Shown here: positions 40,111 through 52,790 of the stretch, piece by piece | Layout: every line of letters begins with the position of its first letter | Numbering within the stretch: position 1 is the stretch's first letter | Assembly (NCBI GenBank): GCA_964016885.1 | Contig: OZ024743.1 | Span: 319,610,001 to 319,674,000 of the forward strand | DNA: 64,000 nt | Origin: Eledone cirrhosa | Lineage: Eukaryota | Direction of reading: 5' to 3' | Notes under the pieces: model-generated | The model's input: only the letters and a program-made list of their open reading frames with translations | Databases searched by the model: none | What the model was told of the DNA's origin: nothing | Position numbers and translations under genes: made by a program

Positions 40111-41235
40111 GGAGTAGTTGTATTTCGAAGGGGTGTGATACAATTATAATTTGCGACGAAGAAATTAAGTTTGAGAGGTACTATGTTCTTAAGTAACTCT
40201 TACAGGATGAAAGAATTGAGAAAGTTCTTAAGAATACATAATATATATTATGTATGTATGTATGTATGTATGTATGTATGTATGTATGTATGTATGTATG
40301 TATGTATGTATGTATGTATGGATGGATGGATGGATGGATGTATGTATGTATGTATGGATGGATGGATGGATGGATGAATGGATAAATTACTACAAATGAT
40401 TAATGAAGTATGATTGTATAAATGGATTAATTAATATATTGCGGAAGAGATGTTTCAGCTATTTGTGTACTAGAAACTGTTTCAAAATATGAAATAATGT
40501 ATATTAGATATGTTTTGATATATATGTTTGTCTTGCGGGTTGCATTTACTATATACATTACTGGTATCACAATATTTGATGTTGTATATTTACATTCATA
40601 GACTTTTGTCCGGTAATAGACTCCTTTCATTAACTTTCTTTCGTTTTAGTTTTCTTTCTTTCTTTTTCGTTTTCTTTTTTTTTTTTTTTATTTACAGCAC
40701 CGATTACAACATTTAAATAACTATAATTCGAAGTCGGTTTTACTCGGGCGATTTTCTTCTACTCTAAAAACATATTTCGTCCCGCTTCCAAGGAACTTCA
40801 ATACAACCCTAATAAAATTGCGTCAGTTTATAAATATATATTTGTATGTATATATAAATATATTTGTTCAAAAGCGAAGAGAAGATCCAGTTGTATTCAA
40901 AACAGAGAAAACATTTTTCTTTACATTAAATTCATGACATCTGAGGAAAGAATGAGGTTGTCTGCTACTCCACTTGTTGACGACTCACAACAATCCTTTC
41001 CACTTAATTCACCAGCAACGAGTGGGTTTATTTCAACAGTTACTACTACCACTACCACTACTACTACTACTACTACTATTACTACTACTACTACTGCTGC
41101 TGCTACTACTGCTGCCGCTGCTGCTGCTGCTGTTGCTGCTGCTACTTGTTTCTGATTCAACAACGTAAGAGAAAGTACCTCGCTCGCTCACTTGCTCGTT
41201 CTTTCGTTTATCACATACAGTTTATTTTACAGATA

Positions 41236-41324
41236 CTACACTCTACAGCTTGCTGTTCATACTTTTTAAATAGACTCACTGGATATGTGACGTAATTCCG
41301 TTTAGTAACGGTTGCTATGTCAAT
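41236..41324 (-). promoter_or_regulatory. Candidate GCH1 core promoter: X-box-like, CRE-like and TATA-like elements
   Basis: In minus-strand order: RFX-like GTTGCTATGTCAAT (41311-41324, plus reading), CRE/bZIP site TTACGTCA (41288-41295), TATTTAAA (41265-41272). This is unique sequence about 1.4 kb upstream of the ATG, with the TATA-like element facing the gene. Confidence 0.45.
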
Positions 41325-42249
41325 GATGCGGTGGATTTCCGATTCACAAGATTCGCAACGGAAGGGAGATAAGAGACTCGAACGAAAACGAGGAATAAAA
41401 TCGAAACTGTGAACTCTAATTGATGAGAATGGGAGCTTAGAGGATAGGTAATAGGAAAATAGGAAATATGATATTTTTGATAAATATATTAGAATAGAAT
41501 AAAATATAATTAACGGAGACGAAATCGTAATATCGAGAAAAGAAGAAGAAATAAGGTTGAAAATAAAATGAAAGGTAGGATTAAGAAGGAAGTAAAGAAA
41601 GAAAGAAAGAAGGAAAGAAAGAAAGAGAAAAAGAAACAAAAGAAAGTAAGAGAGAAACAAAGAGGAAGACGTTTTCCTTGCCTGTTCATTTATAGAACCA
41701 ATATTTTATACACCATCAACAGACACGCATGTAGAGAGAGGGAGGGAGAGAAGAGAGAGAGAGAGAGAGAGTGAGAGAGAGTGAGAGTGAGAAAAGGAGA
41801 CATATATATGCAAATATGCATGCACCTGTATATAAACACACGCACGCACACAATATTCATACTAACACAACAGACACGCACACGCTCGCGCGGACATACA
41901 TACATACATACATACATACATACGCACATATATACATACATACATACATACATACATACATACATGCATACATACACACATACATACATACATACACACA
42001 TGCATACATACACACATACATACATACATACTTACATACACACATACACACACACATACATACATACATACATACATACATACATGCACACATACATACA
42101 CACATACATACATACATACATACATACATGCACACATACATACATACATACATACACACATACATACATACATACATACACACATACATACATACATACT
42201 TACATACATACATACATACACACATACATACATACATACATACATGCAC

Positions 42250-42420
42250 ACATGGTGGCTGCCAACTCGTTTTCGAGTACGGCCACTACTTTATATCCAT
42301 GTAGGAGAATCCCTACCGATGCACTGAACGAATGTGACTTTCTAGTCCAGCCAGCGACTTGAAAACTCTGGTACAAAGACTACACCTGTGACCATTATTG
42401 ACACATAGTGCAGGGCCCAT
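42250..42420 (-). mobile_element. RTE LINE 3' end with terminal motif and (ATGT)n tail
   Basis: Zinc-finger remnant, then GTGGCCGTACTCGAAAACGAGTTGGCAGCCACC, then the (ATGT)n tract at 41895-42245. Confidence 0.8.
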
Positions 42421-42544
42421 GGTACCATGTGATGACAAGTGCAGAGAGATCTCCAGATATAAAGCAATGCCTGTGCTGTGAAGCTTTTATAGTGAGCAAA
42501 GGCACTGCACAAAGCCAGTCCCACTCTCTTAACCAAGATGATAT

Positions 42545-42861
42545 TTACCAAAAAGAAGAACAAGTCAACATCATTGGATACCATCAGGGTTGCAGGTGTT
42601 ATATCAGAGTTTTCCTTCTCCTAGAATTCTGCCTTGACAAAGGCTAAGGGGTCATCTCTCCCGGTGATTTTGGATGGCTATTGAGTCTTAAGAGCTCCCT
42701 TGCCCTTTGACAGGTTTTGTTTTTAGTCCTGCAGGATGTCCAAAGTCACCCTCCTCACCAAGAAACCTTGGTGGGGTTGCCAGTTTAGTCGCCAACGACC
42801 CGACCATGATACAGGTTGTACTGGGATACATGTTACCAGTAGCACCAACTGGTGACCTGAC
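42545..42861 (-). mobile_element. Putative RTE-clade LINE 5' UTR fragment (related pieces near 2605-2930 plus and 49590-49720 minus)
   Basis: Shared motif TTAGCCTTTGTCA..TTCTAGGAGAAGGAAAACTCTG..ATCCAATGATGTTGAC between the copies. Family assignment is an inference. Confidence 0.5.
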
Positions 42862-43196
42862 ATATATATACATACATACATACATACATATACATACATA
42901 CATACATACATATACATATACATACATACACACATATACATATACATACATACACACACACATACATACATATATATATATACATACACACATACACACA
43001 CACATACATACACACATACATACATACATACATACACACATACATATATACATACACACACACATACATACATACATACATATATACACATACATACATA
43101 TATATATATACATACATATATACATATACATACATATATACATATACATACATATATATATATACATACATACACACATATACATACATACATACA

Positions 43197-43228
<32 letters not shown>

Positions 43229-44038
43229 CATACATATACACACACACATATACACACACACACACATACATGCATGCATATATATATACATACATACACA
43301 TATATATATATAGATATATATATACATACATATATATATACACACATACACATATACATATATATATATACATACATATATATATACATACATACACATA
43401 TACATACACATATATATATACATACACACACATACACACACACATATACATACATACATACACATATACATACACACATATATATATACACATACATATA
43501 TACACACATATATATATATATACATACATACATATATACATACATATATACATATATACATACATACACATACATATACATACATACACATATACATACA
43601 TACATACATACACACACATATACATATACATACATATATATACATATATATATATATACATACATATATATATACATACATATACATATATATACATACA
43701 TATATACATACATATACATACATACACACATACATATATACATATATATATACATATACATATATATATATATACATACATACACACATACATACATACA
43801 TACATACACATATATATACACACATACATACACACATACATATATATACACATATATACATATACACATACATACATATATATATACATACATATATACA
43901 TACATACATATATACATATATATATACACACATATATACACACATACATATACACATACACACATACACATATATATATATATATACACATACATATACA
44001 TATATACACATATATACATACATACATACATACACACA
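42861..44038. repeat. 1.2-kb scrambled (ATAC/AT/AC)n microsatellite
   Basis: Alternating purine-pyrimidine tract without stops, which yields the 400+ aa artefact ORFs. Confidence 0.95.
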
Positions 44039-44113
44039 TGATGGCTGCCCCCTCGTTATCGAGTATGGCCATTGCACGAGAAGAAAAAAAATAAAAATAA
44101 ATAAATAAAATAA

Positions 44114-44152
<39 letters not shown>

Positions 44153-44179
44153 AAAAAAAATAAATATATATATATATTC

Positions 44180-46111
44180 TTCAACCCACCGACTCCCACT
44201 CTTACCTCGACTTCACCTCTTCCCACCCCACCCACACTAAACACTCCATTCCCTACTCCCAACTTCTCAGGATCCGCCGCCTCTGTAGCCGAGATGCTGA
44301 CTTTGAGTCCCAGGCCCTTTCCCTAGTCAGCCATTTCATCCGCAGAGGTTACTCCCCCTCTCTCGTCCACACCGCTCTCACCCGCGCCCGTGTTGTCCCC
44401 CGCTCCACCACCCTCACCCCACACCACCGCACACCCACCCACCGTCTCCCCCTTCCCTATCACCTACCACCCCTCCACCTCCCACATCTTCCCAACCCCA
44501 CCACTCCCCTCCTTCAAACGCGCACGCAATCTCCGCACCCTCCTCGTCCACAGCTCCCTACCCCCCAACCCACGCTCTGTCCCCCCCCCCGGTTCCTTTC
44601 CCTGTTCTAGGCCCCGCTGCAACACCTGCCCCCACATCACCAACACCACCACCTTCCAGGGTCCCAACGGCCACTCTCTCTCTGTCCGGCACGCCTTCCG
44701 CTGCACCTCCTCCAACCTAGTCTACGGGACGTCGCCTGGCGGACCGATTCACTGAGCACCTCCGGGATATTCGTCTCGGGGGTAGTTCCCCCATCGCCCA
44801 CCACTTTGGTGGCCCTGGACATTCCGCACGCCATCTCACAGTCTGTGGCCTACTCCAGTGCCACGGAACACCCGCCAATCGCCTTAGAGTCGAACAATGA
44901 ACTATCTTCATCTTACAGACCCACACTCCCCCCCGGCCTGAACTCCCCATCCTTATTCCTTTAGCCTTCGACCCCCACCCTCGCCCCACACTTATCCCCC
45001 ACTAACACCACTAACACACCCCTCCTTTTCACCGGCCACCCCACAACTAACAATACTAACACCTCCACTCCACCCCTCATCTGACCACCCTTCCCCAACT
45101 AACATACTAACATCCCTCCCTTCTTCTCCTCCTCCCCCTCCTTATCACACGCACACACCCACCGGCACATATATACACGTGCTCACACTAAACACACACC
45201 CTATTACCACCACTAACCCTCACTCCCACACCTCTCACCCCCACACCTCTATCCCACCGCCCCGCAACTAACCTCACTAACACCCCCTAACCCCAAGCAC
45301 ACGAACACACGCACCCACTTACACAACCACCCCACACGCAACTAACATCACTAACACCCCCAACCCCACGCACACGTACCCACACACCCTCGTACACCAC
45401 CAACTCTACACACCCTACCACCACTAACCCCCACTCACACCTGCATTCAACCCCTCCCCACCTCCCGTATACTAACACCCACTAACACCCCTTCATCAAA
45501 CTACACACACACCAGTACACCACACTCCCTCCATAGAACTACACACACCCTTCTCTCCCCGCTCCACCCACACCCTCGCTCCACACTCACTCATCCCACT
45601 AACACCTCTACTAATACACACACACACACCCTCCTCACTCCAACTTTCACACCTACCCATCCTCGCCCCTTTACCATTCCACCAACTGCTGCTATGCCCT
45701 CTGACCACCTCCCAGCACAAACAGACACACAGCACTCCCACTGCTTGACCACTTCCTGTTGCGCGCGCACCCCACATCTCTCCTCTTCCGACCATCGCTT
45801 CATGGAATACTCGCACGCAGAAATTGACCACCACAGAATCCACTAAACACCATCCTCTTACGTAATCACCTATATAACTCACCCACACACACCCCAAAAA
45901 AATTTTTTTCTCAACACGCCACCTACACCCACAAGACGCTTAAACCCCACACACACGTGCTTTCCACCACATATTTACACCCTCAGCCTCCTGATTCCTC
46001 TCCCCCCCCCCCTCTATCCACACACGCACAGACACTCCGACCCCCCCCCCCCCCCTCCACACACACCTCTTCCTGAACATGCAACTCCGTTCTTCCCCCA
46101 ACCCTTACTTT

Positions 46112-46144
<33 letters not shown>

Positions 46145-46580
46145 GTACACCTACACACACACACCACCTTCAGCCCTCCCCGCTCGGACACCCGTCTCCC
46201 TCTCCCCACTCCAACCGCCACCACCCCTACACACCCCACACCCTTCCACCACCTGTTTTACCCCCCTTTTAATTTCAATTTATTTTGATCATGCTTTTAT
46301 ATTTAAATTTATTTCATTCCTTGTATTTTGATCATGCTTTATTTTTATTTTTATTTTTATTTATTATTTTTTTCATTCGCACCGTTTCCTTTCGCTATAT
46401 GTCTCTCCACCACTCCCCTACACACCCTTTGAACTCTGTTCCCACACACTTCTCACCTGAGGAAGGGCTTATGCCCGAAACGTCGTCCCCCACCAACACC
46501 CCACTCTCCAGAGCGTGAAATTAATAAACATTCGTTGTACTGCCTCTCTGTTTTGTTCCTGTTCAAATTTTTCCATTATA
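44180..46580 (+). mobile_element. 5'-truncated Penelope-like element (RT C-terminus, Cys-rich linker, GIY-YIG, C-rich 3' region)
   Basis: FLRIRRLCSRDADF..FIRRGY; SFKRARNLRTLLVHS; PCSRPRCNTCPHI..FRCTSSNLVY..RRLADRFTEHLRDI..PGLN. A terminal hammerhead and AATAAA follow. Confidence 0.88.
46452..46487 (+). ncRNA. Minimal Penelope-type hammerhead ribozyme
   Basis: CUGAGGA-A-GGGC(UUAU)GCCC-GAAA-CGUC, located in the 3' pLTR of the Penelope element at 44.2-46.6 kb. Stem I is very short. Confidence 0.7.
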
Positions 46581-46650
46581 TATATATACATACATACACA
46601 CATACATACACATACACACACACATATACACACACACATACATTAATAAC

Positions 46651-46711
<61 letters not shown>

Positions 46712-46727
46712 GCAATAATAATAATAA

Positions 46728-47800
46728 CGATTTCATTTATTAGCCACAAGGGCCGACATGTAGGGGACAATACAAAGACAGGGACAGTGGGGGTTTACAA
46801 TAAGGTCGAGTAAAAGTGCACAATGGCAAGACTAATTTAGCAATGAAAATATAAAATATAAAATAAACTATGCAAAATATAACAAAATAAATTCCCCGAT
46901 AGGGGGTGGACGACCCTGGGGTGATTCGGGTACCCCACCAATCCTGAACCACCCTGCGCTTCTAGGGCACCCAGGAGAGCACCCCTCTCCTCAAGTTAGC
47001 TAGCCTATAGGCGCATGGTGAGAGTAGGCCCATTCACACGAGCCATTCTCGCCACATTCACCCACCTTTTAGCAAATGTACTGGGGGGCAGCACTTCTCT
47101 CTCCACCCTCACCCTCCTTTCCAGGTGAAACTTGAAGAAGTTGATGAGGGATTGGCCGAAGAGAAAAGTGTCTATCTTTAGTCCGTTCAACCTGGTCCAC
47201 CATATAATCTCTTTCGCAACTGTCACCAGACAGAGGAAAATGTCCTGCTCTTCCTGACCTAAGGAAGGTGGCGGCTCGATCTTCACTATGAACTCGGCCG
47301 ATAAAGGGATTCGTTCCACACGCGACAGTAGCTGTTCGACATAACTCCACAAGTCAGTAATGCACGGACATTGGACAAGTGCGTGCAGAACGGTTTCGTC
47401 GTTCTGTGCGCATCTTGGGCAGGTCCGTCTGACAGCACTTCCGTGCCTGTAGAGTTTATCCCGAACCGGCAGTGCCCCCCGGTAGCACTGACAAGCGAGG
47501 GATTTCTGGAAATTGTCCATCGTCCCCGGCTCAAAAGACCTCCGGTACAGACTGGTCAGTTCGACTTCGTCGAGGCCCAAAGCTTCTCCGAGTGCGTCAT
47601 CGCACTTGCCCACCACTAATCCTCTATAAAACTCGAGAGTGGAAGTTCCACTGATCGCATTGCCCGCTTGGTAGAGGGCAGTGAGTGCCTGGCAACATTC
47701 CAGGTGCCAGTCACCCAGTCTCGGTCTCTTCTTGACCCAGGACTGCAGCTCAGTCAAAGAAATGAGCTGCGGAAAGGCCCGTCTGATAAACGAACGACAA
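46728..47800 (-). mobile_element. 3' fragment of a Tx1-clade LINE
   Basis: ORF 47005-47841 is homologous to the C-terminus of the 58-63.5-kb element (CPRC..ETVLHALVQC). It ends GTGGCTAATAAATGAAATCG followed by (TTA)n. Confidence 0.9.
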
Positions 47801-47889
47801 CAACAATAATAATATACATATACATATATATATATACACACACACGCACATAAGCATATCTACATACACACACACACACACGATAGCAA

Positions 47890-49265
47890 CTAACAGTGCT
47901 GCGATCGAATGTGGCTTTTTAGCCCAGCCAATGATCTAAAATGTCTTGCACAGAGTCGGCAACCAAAACATTCACTGGGAATAGTCGGCTGTGGCTGGAG
48001 TTCGTGTACTTTTGCATGTCGCTTGAGCCCTCCTGCTGATTTACATTCTCTACCACATGTTTGGCAAGCATGATGAGTAGCATCTCCAACAGCAGCCTGG
48101 TAGTCAACCACTGGTCTTACTTTATGACTGCGAAGATAACTTTCGAGTCCAGCTTTGTTTAGGCAGAGTCTCGCACAGACGCTGCATGTCAGCACCATAG
48201 GAGGACCCTCGCCGTCTGGAAGTGCAACAGCAATGCCCTTCCTCACATCCGCTTTACCTTCTCGTGTGCGATTCCAGATGCCTCAAAGGCAACTTTTCCC
48301 TCATATACAGTCTTTCTCCATTTATTACGATCAGCAGCAATATTTTCCCATGTATCAGCAGAGATGTTAGCGTCTTTCAGAGAGGCTTTCAAGGAATCCT
48401 TATACCTCTTTTTTGGTTTATGTGGCGGTCGTTTTCCTTTAACCAACTCTCCATAAAAGAGTTGTTTTGGTATTCTAGAATCCTTCATCCTGGCAAGGTG
48501 ACCACTCCAACGGAGTCGTTGCTTAAGCACAAGAGCTTCTATACTGTCACACATAGAGCTGTCCAAAATCTCGACATCACTGATGTGGTCCCTCCAGTGA
48601 ACGCCATGGATCCGTCTGAGACACATCTGATGGAAACGCTCCAATTGCTTAAAGTGGTGTCGATGTGACCCAGGTCTCGCAGGCATAAAGAAGACAAGAG
48701 AGTACACATGCCCTGTACACCCTTACCTTTGTCCTCCTGCATATGTCTCTCCGACCCCAGAGTCGCCTTTCTAGCTTTCCGAAAGCATCACTTGCTTTCC
48801 TAATCCTAAGTGAGATTTCACTGTCAAGGTTGCCGTATCGATTGACAGTGCTTCCCAGGTAGACAAACTGATCAACCACTCCAAGTCGTTTGCCATACAC
48901 ATAGATGTTTGGTTCAGTGTACTGCTTACTAGGGGCAGGTTGGTACATGACGACGGTTTTCTTGAGACTGACAGTCAAACCCAGGGCAGTGCAAGCGTCA
49001 GAAAATGCATTCAAAATGTGCTGCATATCACTCTCTGTGTGCGCTACAAGATCGCAATCATCTGCATACAAAAGGTCTCTTATGATTGATGTAAACACTT
49101 TTGTCTTCGCAGCAAAGCGCCTGATGTTAAATATGCTGCCTGAGGTTCGATATCGGATGTAAACACCATGCTCGCAATTCCTGAATGCAATACAGAAAAC
49201 CATTGCAAAGTATATGGCAAACAGGGTCGGTGCTGGAATATCGCCCTGTTTCACTCCATTTTTTA
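47890..49265 (-). mobile_element. RTE (BovB-like) LINE 3' part: RT plus three C-terminal C2H2 zinc fingers
   Basis: NGVKQGDIPAPTLF, LLYADDCDL, FVYLGS, LRWSGHLARM..RIPKQLFYGEL, then CxxC..H motifs three times. Frameshifted. Confidence 0.92.
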
Positions 49266-49789
49266 CACATACATACATACATACATACATACATACATAC
49301 ATACATACATACATACATACAGACATACATACAGACATACATACAGACATACATACAGACAAGCATACACACATAGATGATGGCTGCCCCCTCGTTATCG
49401 AGTATGGCCATTGCACGATATAACATTATTAATAATTATCTGTTAATGCCATCGTGCAATGCCTGTGCGTGTAATATTTTTTAAAGTGAGGAAAGACTGT
49501 GCACTGAGCCAATCCCATACTCTGAGTGTCAGTAGCTATAACCCGAAAAGAAGAAAAGATCAAGATCATCGGTAACTACTAAGCCGCAGGTTTTATGTCG
49601 GAGTTATCCTAGTTTCCCGAGTTGCCTTCTAGATGAATGCTCTGACAAAGGCTAGGGGTCCTTCACTCCCAGTGGTTTAACCGCGCGATCGGGTATCCAA
49701 CCCGATTATTTCTATGTCCCCGCGCATATACATACACATGCATACATGTATATACATATATACATACATACATGCATCGTTTTATTCTC

Positions 49790-52065
49790 TTCTTTGCTGT
49801 GGGTGCAAAGTCTTCAAACACTCCTTCCAGCTGGTCATGGCAGTAGCAACCGTTTCCAGCTGATCCAGCTGGATCCCCAAGCCTCACTAACTGAACTCAT
49901 GGGTATTATCCAAGGATCTTGTTCAGGGTCTACTCTTGGATCTGGTGCCGGTTGGTTTTACCCGTAAAATCTATCCAGCGATGCTTTCCTGAGACATTCT
50001 AACCACATGTAATATCGCAGCTATGATCTCTCAATTCGGAGAAATAGCGGGTCTACCCTGAGCGACTCTCTGATCTCCGAGCTACGTACTCTATTAAGTA
50101 ACGTTACTCCAAAAGACCCTTCGGAGGAACCACGATTCGCTTGCTTGTATTCATGATCGTATGTTTTCGCTCATTACCCAAGATTTATGGTCATAGTTAA
50201 GAGTTGGCGAGAATACCGAATAGAAGATAGCGAGTTTAGCTTTTACATTTGCCCTGCTTCTTCCGATTACCGAATGCTGAATCTGGCGCATTACTGCACC
50301 AGCTCCTGCAATTTTTGCACTTAATTCAGCCTACTGCCTTCCATCACACTTAAACTTCTCCACCTGCTTCAGTGGAACTCCATTTACATGTAGAGTGCAC
50401 TGCGCAGGCTTCCTTGAGAGGACGGGTGTCTCAGTCTTCGCCGCACTGATTTTCATTCCAGCACGTAGCATCGAACCTATCAAGTGCATATCGGAGATCA
50501 TCTTCTGACGAGTTAAGTAATACCATGTTGTCAGCAAATTCCAGCCGACTGGTTCTACACTTGCCGGTCGTGACACTACTTCCACCCTGACTGCGTAACA
50601 TCAATCTTGTTCATGAAAATACCAAACAGAAGAGGCGACAGTACGCATCCTTGGTGAAGTCAGACATCCACATTGAATGGTTTTGATTTAGCACCATTTA
50701 TCCGAACATAAATACTGTCATTCATATGGATACATTAGGGCAAAAGAAGCTGATCATCGATCCCATGCCCATGTAGATCTTTCCACAGTAGGTCCCGTGG
50801 AACACGGGCATAGGCCTTTTCGCGGTGTATGAAGCAAGAATACATCTCTTGGCAGTACTCTCACGATTTCTCAAAAGCCTGCCGCAGTGTGAATATTTGG
50901 TCGGCTGTTCTGCGTCCTGGGCGAAAACCACTGTTCATCAATTAGCTTTGACTTGACAATCTCCCTAAATCTCAGAATAAACTTTACCGGGGAGGCTTAG
51001 CAGTAGATCCCTCTATAATTGGAGCAATCTCTTTTCTATCCCTTTTTGAAAATTGGCACTAGCACTCCCGTTTGCCATTGCTTAGGTCTAATTCCAGAGA
51101 TCCACACCACCCATCACTCACGAATCAGCCAGAGAATACCTTCTCTATTTAAGGTTTTTAACACCTCAGGCCGAATTTCATCCTCCTTGGTGGCCTTGCC
51201 ACATTTGAGCTCTTCAATTGCTTTTGTGACCTCGTTTAGGAGCTCAGCAAAGTATTCTCCCCACCTCACGAGGATGTACCTCTCTGAAGAGAGGAGAAGA
51301 ATTCCAGACGCGTTCCTGATAACAGGTGTAGAGGAGGGCTTCTTATTACGAAGTTAGCGGATGATCTTCCAAATCACTTTATTTGATAATCTGATTTTTG
51401 ATTCTAGCTTAACCCCAAAGTTCTCCCATATCTTAATTTTGTACGCCTTTACTGTGTCTGCTGGGATTTTTTATGCCTGCTTCTCCCACAAGTGCATGAA
51501 ATATTTGTCAGTTTCCTTCCTTGCTTGGATGGCACCTTTGACCTCTTGACTGAAACACTGGGTCCTCCTGCCATTCGGCGCTACACCAAGCCTCTTTTGC
51601 TCGCAGCATTTAACAACTGAAGAAGAAAGCGTTGAGCAGAACAATATCCACTCCGTTTCAACGTTTTCAATTTTCTTAGTAAATTATCTGAATTCAGATG
51701 CAATAGTGTCTGCATACCTGGTCCAAACTTTCTTATCCACCAACGCTTCCCACTTTACCCTGTAGGTCGATCTGGAATTGCCAGCTTTCTGCGCTTCTTT
51801 GGCCTTAGGTATTCGCAAATTGTAGATAACTAGATGGTGATCAGTTGGCAGCTCAGACCTTCTCTTAACACAGACATCCAGCACAGAATCGAAGAGATCA
51901 GAGACAATAACAAACTCAATTATTGATTGCTGTCCCTGATTCCCCTCATACCATGTATATTTATGGATGTTTTTTCCTCCACGAGAGTTTGTTCATAATA
52001 GAGAATCCATTACTAGAACATAAATCTAATAAGGCCTCTCCATTCGTATTTAGGTCGGGATCGCC
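49790..52065 (-). mobile_element. Highly decayed RTE-clade LINE (AP endonuclease and RT remnants)
   Basis: DVCVKRRSELPTDHHLV, GLHQGCVLSPLLF and LKQVEKFK remnants, with many frameshifts. Confidence 0.8.
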
Positions 52066-52099
52066 GTTCCTTCCCAGGAAATTTGGAAAACTCTTCTCG

Positions 52100-52790
52100 T
52101 CGCTCGAGCAAAATAAAAGAAATGGACCAGTTCACTGAGAGCAAGAACACAGACTAAAGAGGGGCTAAACCACACTAAAAGACATGGAGTTCAGAAAAAT
52201 TCATAACATGCTCCCATGAAGGATAACTTCTTGCAATCCAGGAACAAGAAATCCTCACCAATAGGGAGGAGTATGTCGACACTCATAGCTGAAAGAAATA
52301 TTGTTGGAACCTAAAAATACAAACCGGCACCAAATTTAAACACAACTGGCCTGACATTGTTGTTTGAGACGACATATTGAAAGCATGCAGTTGTAAGCAG
52401 AGTCTACTCGATGCCAATATCGTAAGAAAAATTCAAGAGGAGCGGGGTATCTACTAACCATTGATGTGTTAGCAGACCCAGTGCCCAAAATATACGTTTA
52501 GTTTCGCTTATTATTATTGGAACCGCAGGATATATACCAACCCACCGGGATCAAAGTAGGACTGAACTTGAATTTGTAGAGAAAGAACGCAGATCCTTAA
52601 GTCAAAAGCTACAAATGGCCATGATATCTAGAACCTACAAAATCTGTAAAACGTTTTTACGATTCAAAGTATGAACAATTGCACAAGAAGCGACGAAAAT
52701 TTCCTTTTCTTTACAACCTTGCTACCGGGAAGGTGTCCAGTCAAACATAAACTCAAAATAAGGATAATCATATTTTAAAGTGTGTATAGC
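52100..52790 (+). mobile_element. R4/NeSL-type RLE LINE 3' fragment
   Basis: Homologous to 600-1100 (KFKHNWPDIVV, IIIGTAGYIP, KERRSL..KLQMA). Confidence 0.8.

Noticed and set aside
40921-41168. Short ORFs with poly-Thr/Ala/Val/Leu
   Set aside because: They are driven by trinucleotide repeats and are more plausibly 5' UTR sequence.
42688-44094. Several 270-450 aa ORFs on both strands
   Set aside because: They are translations of a stop-free AT/AC microsatellite (YVCM/HTYI repeats), not genes.
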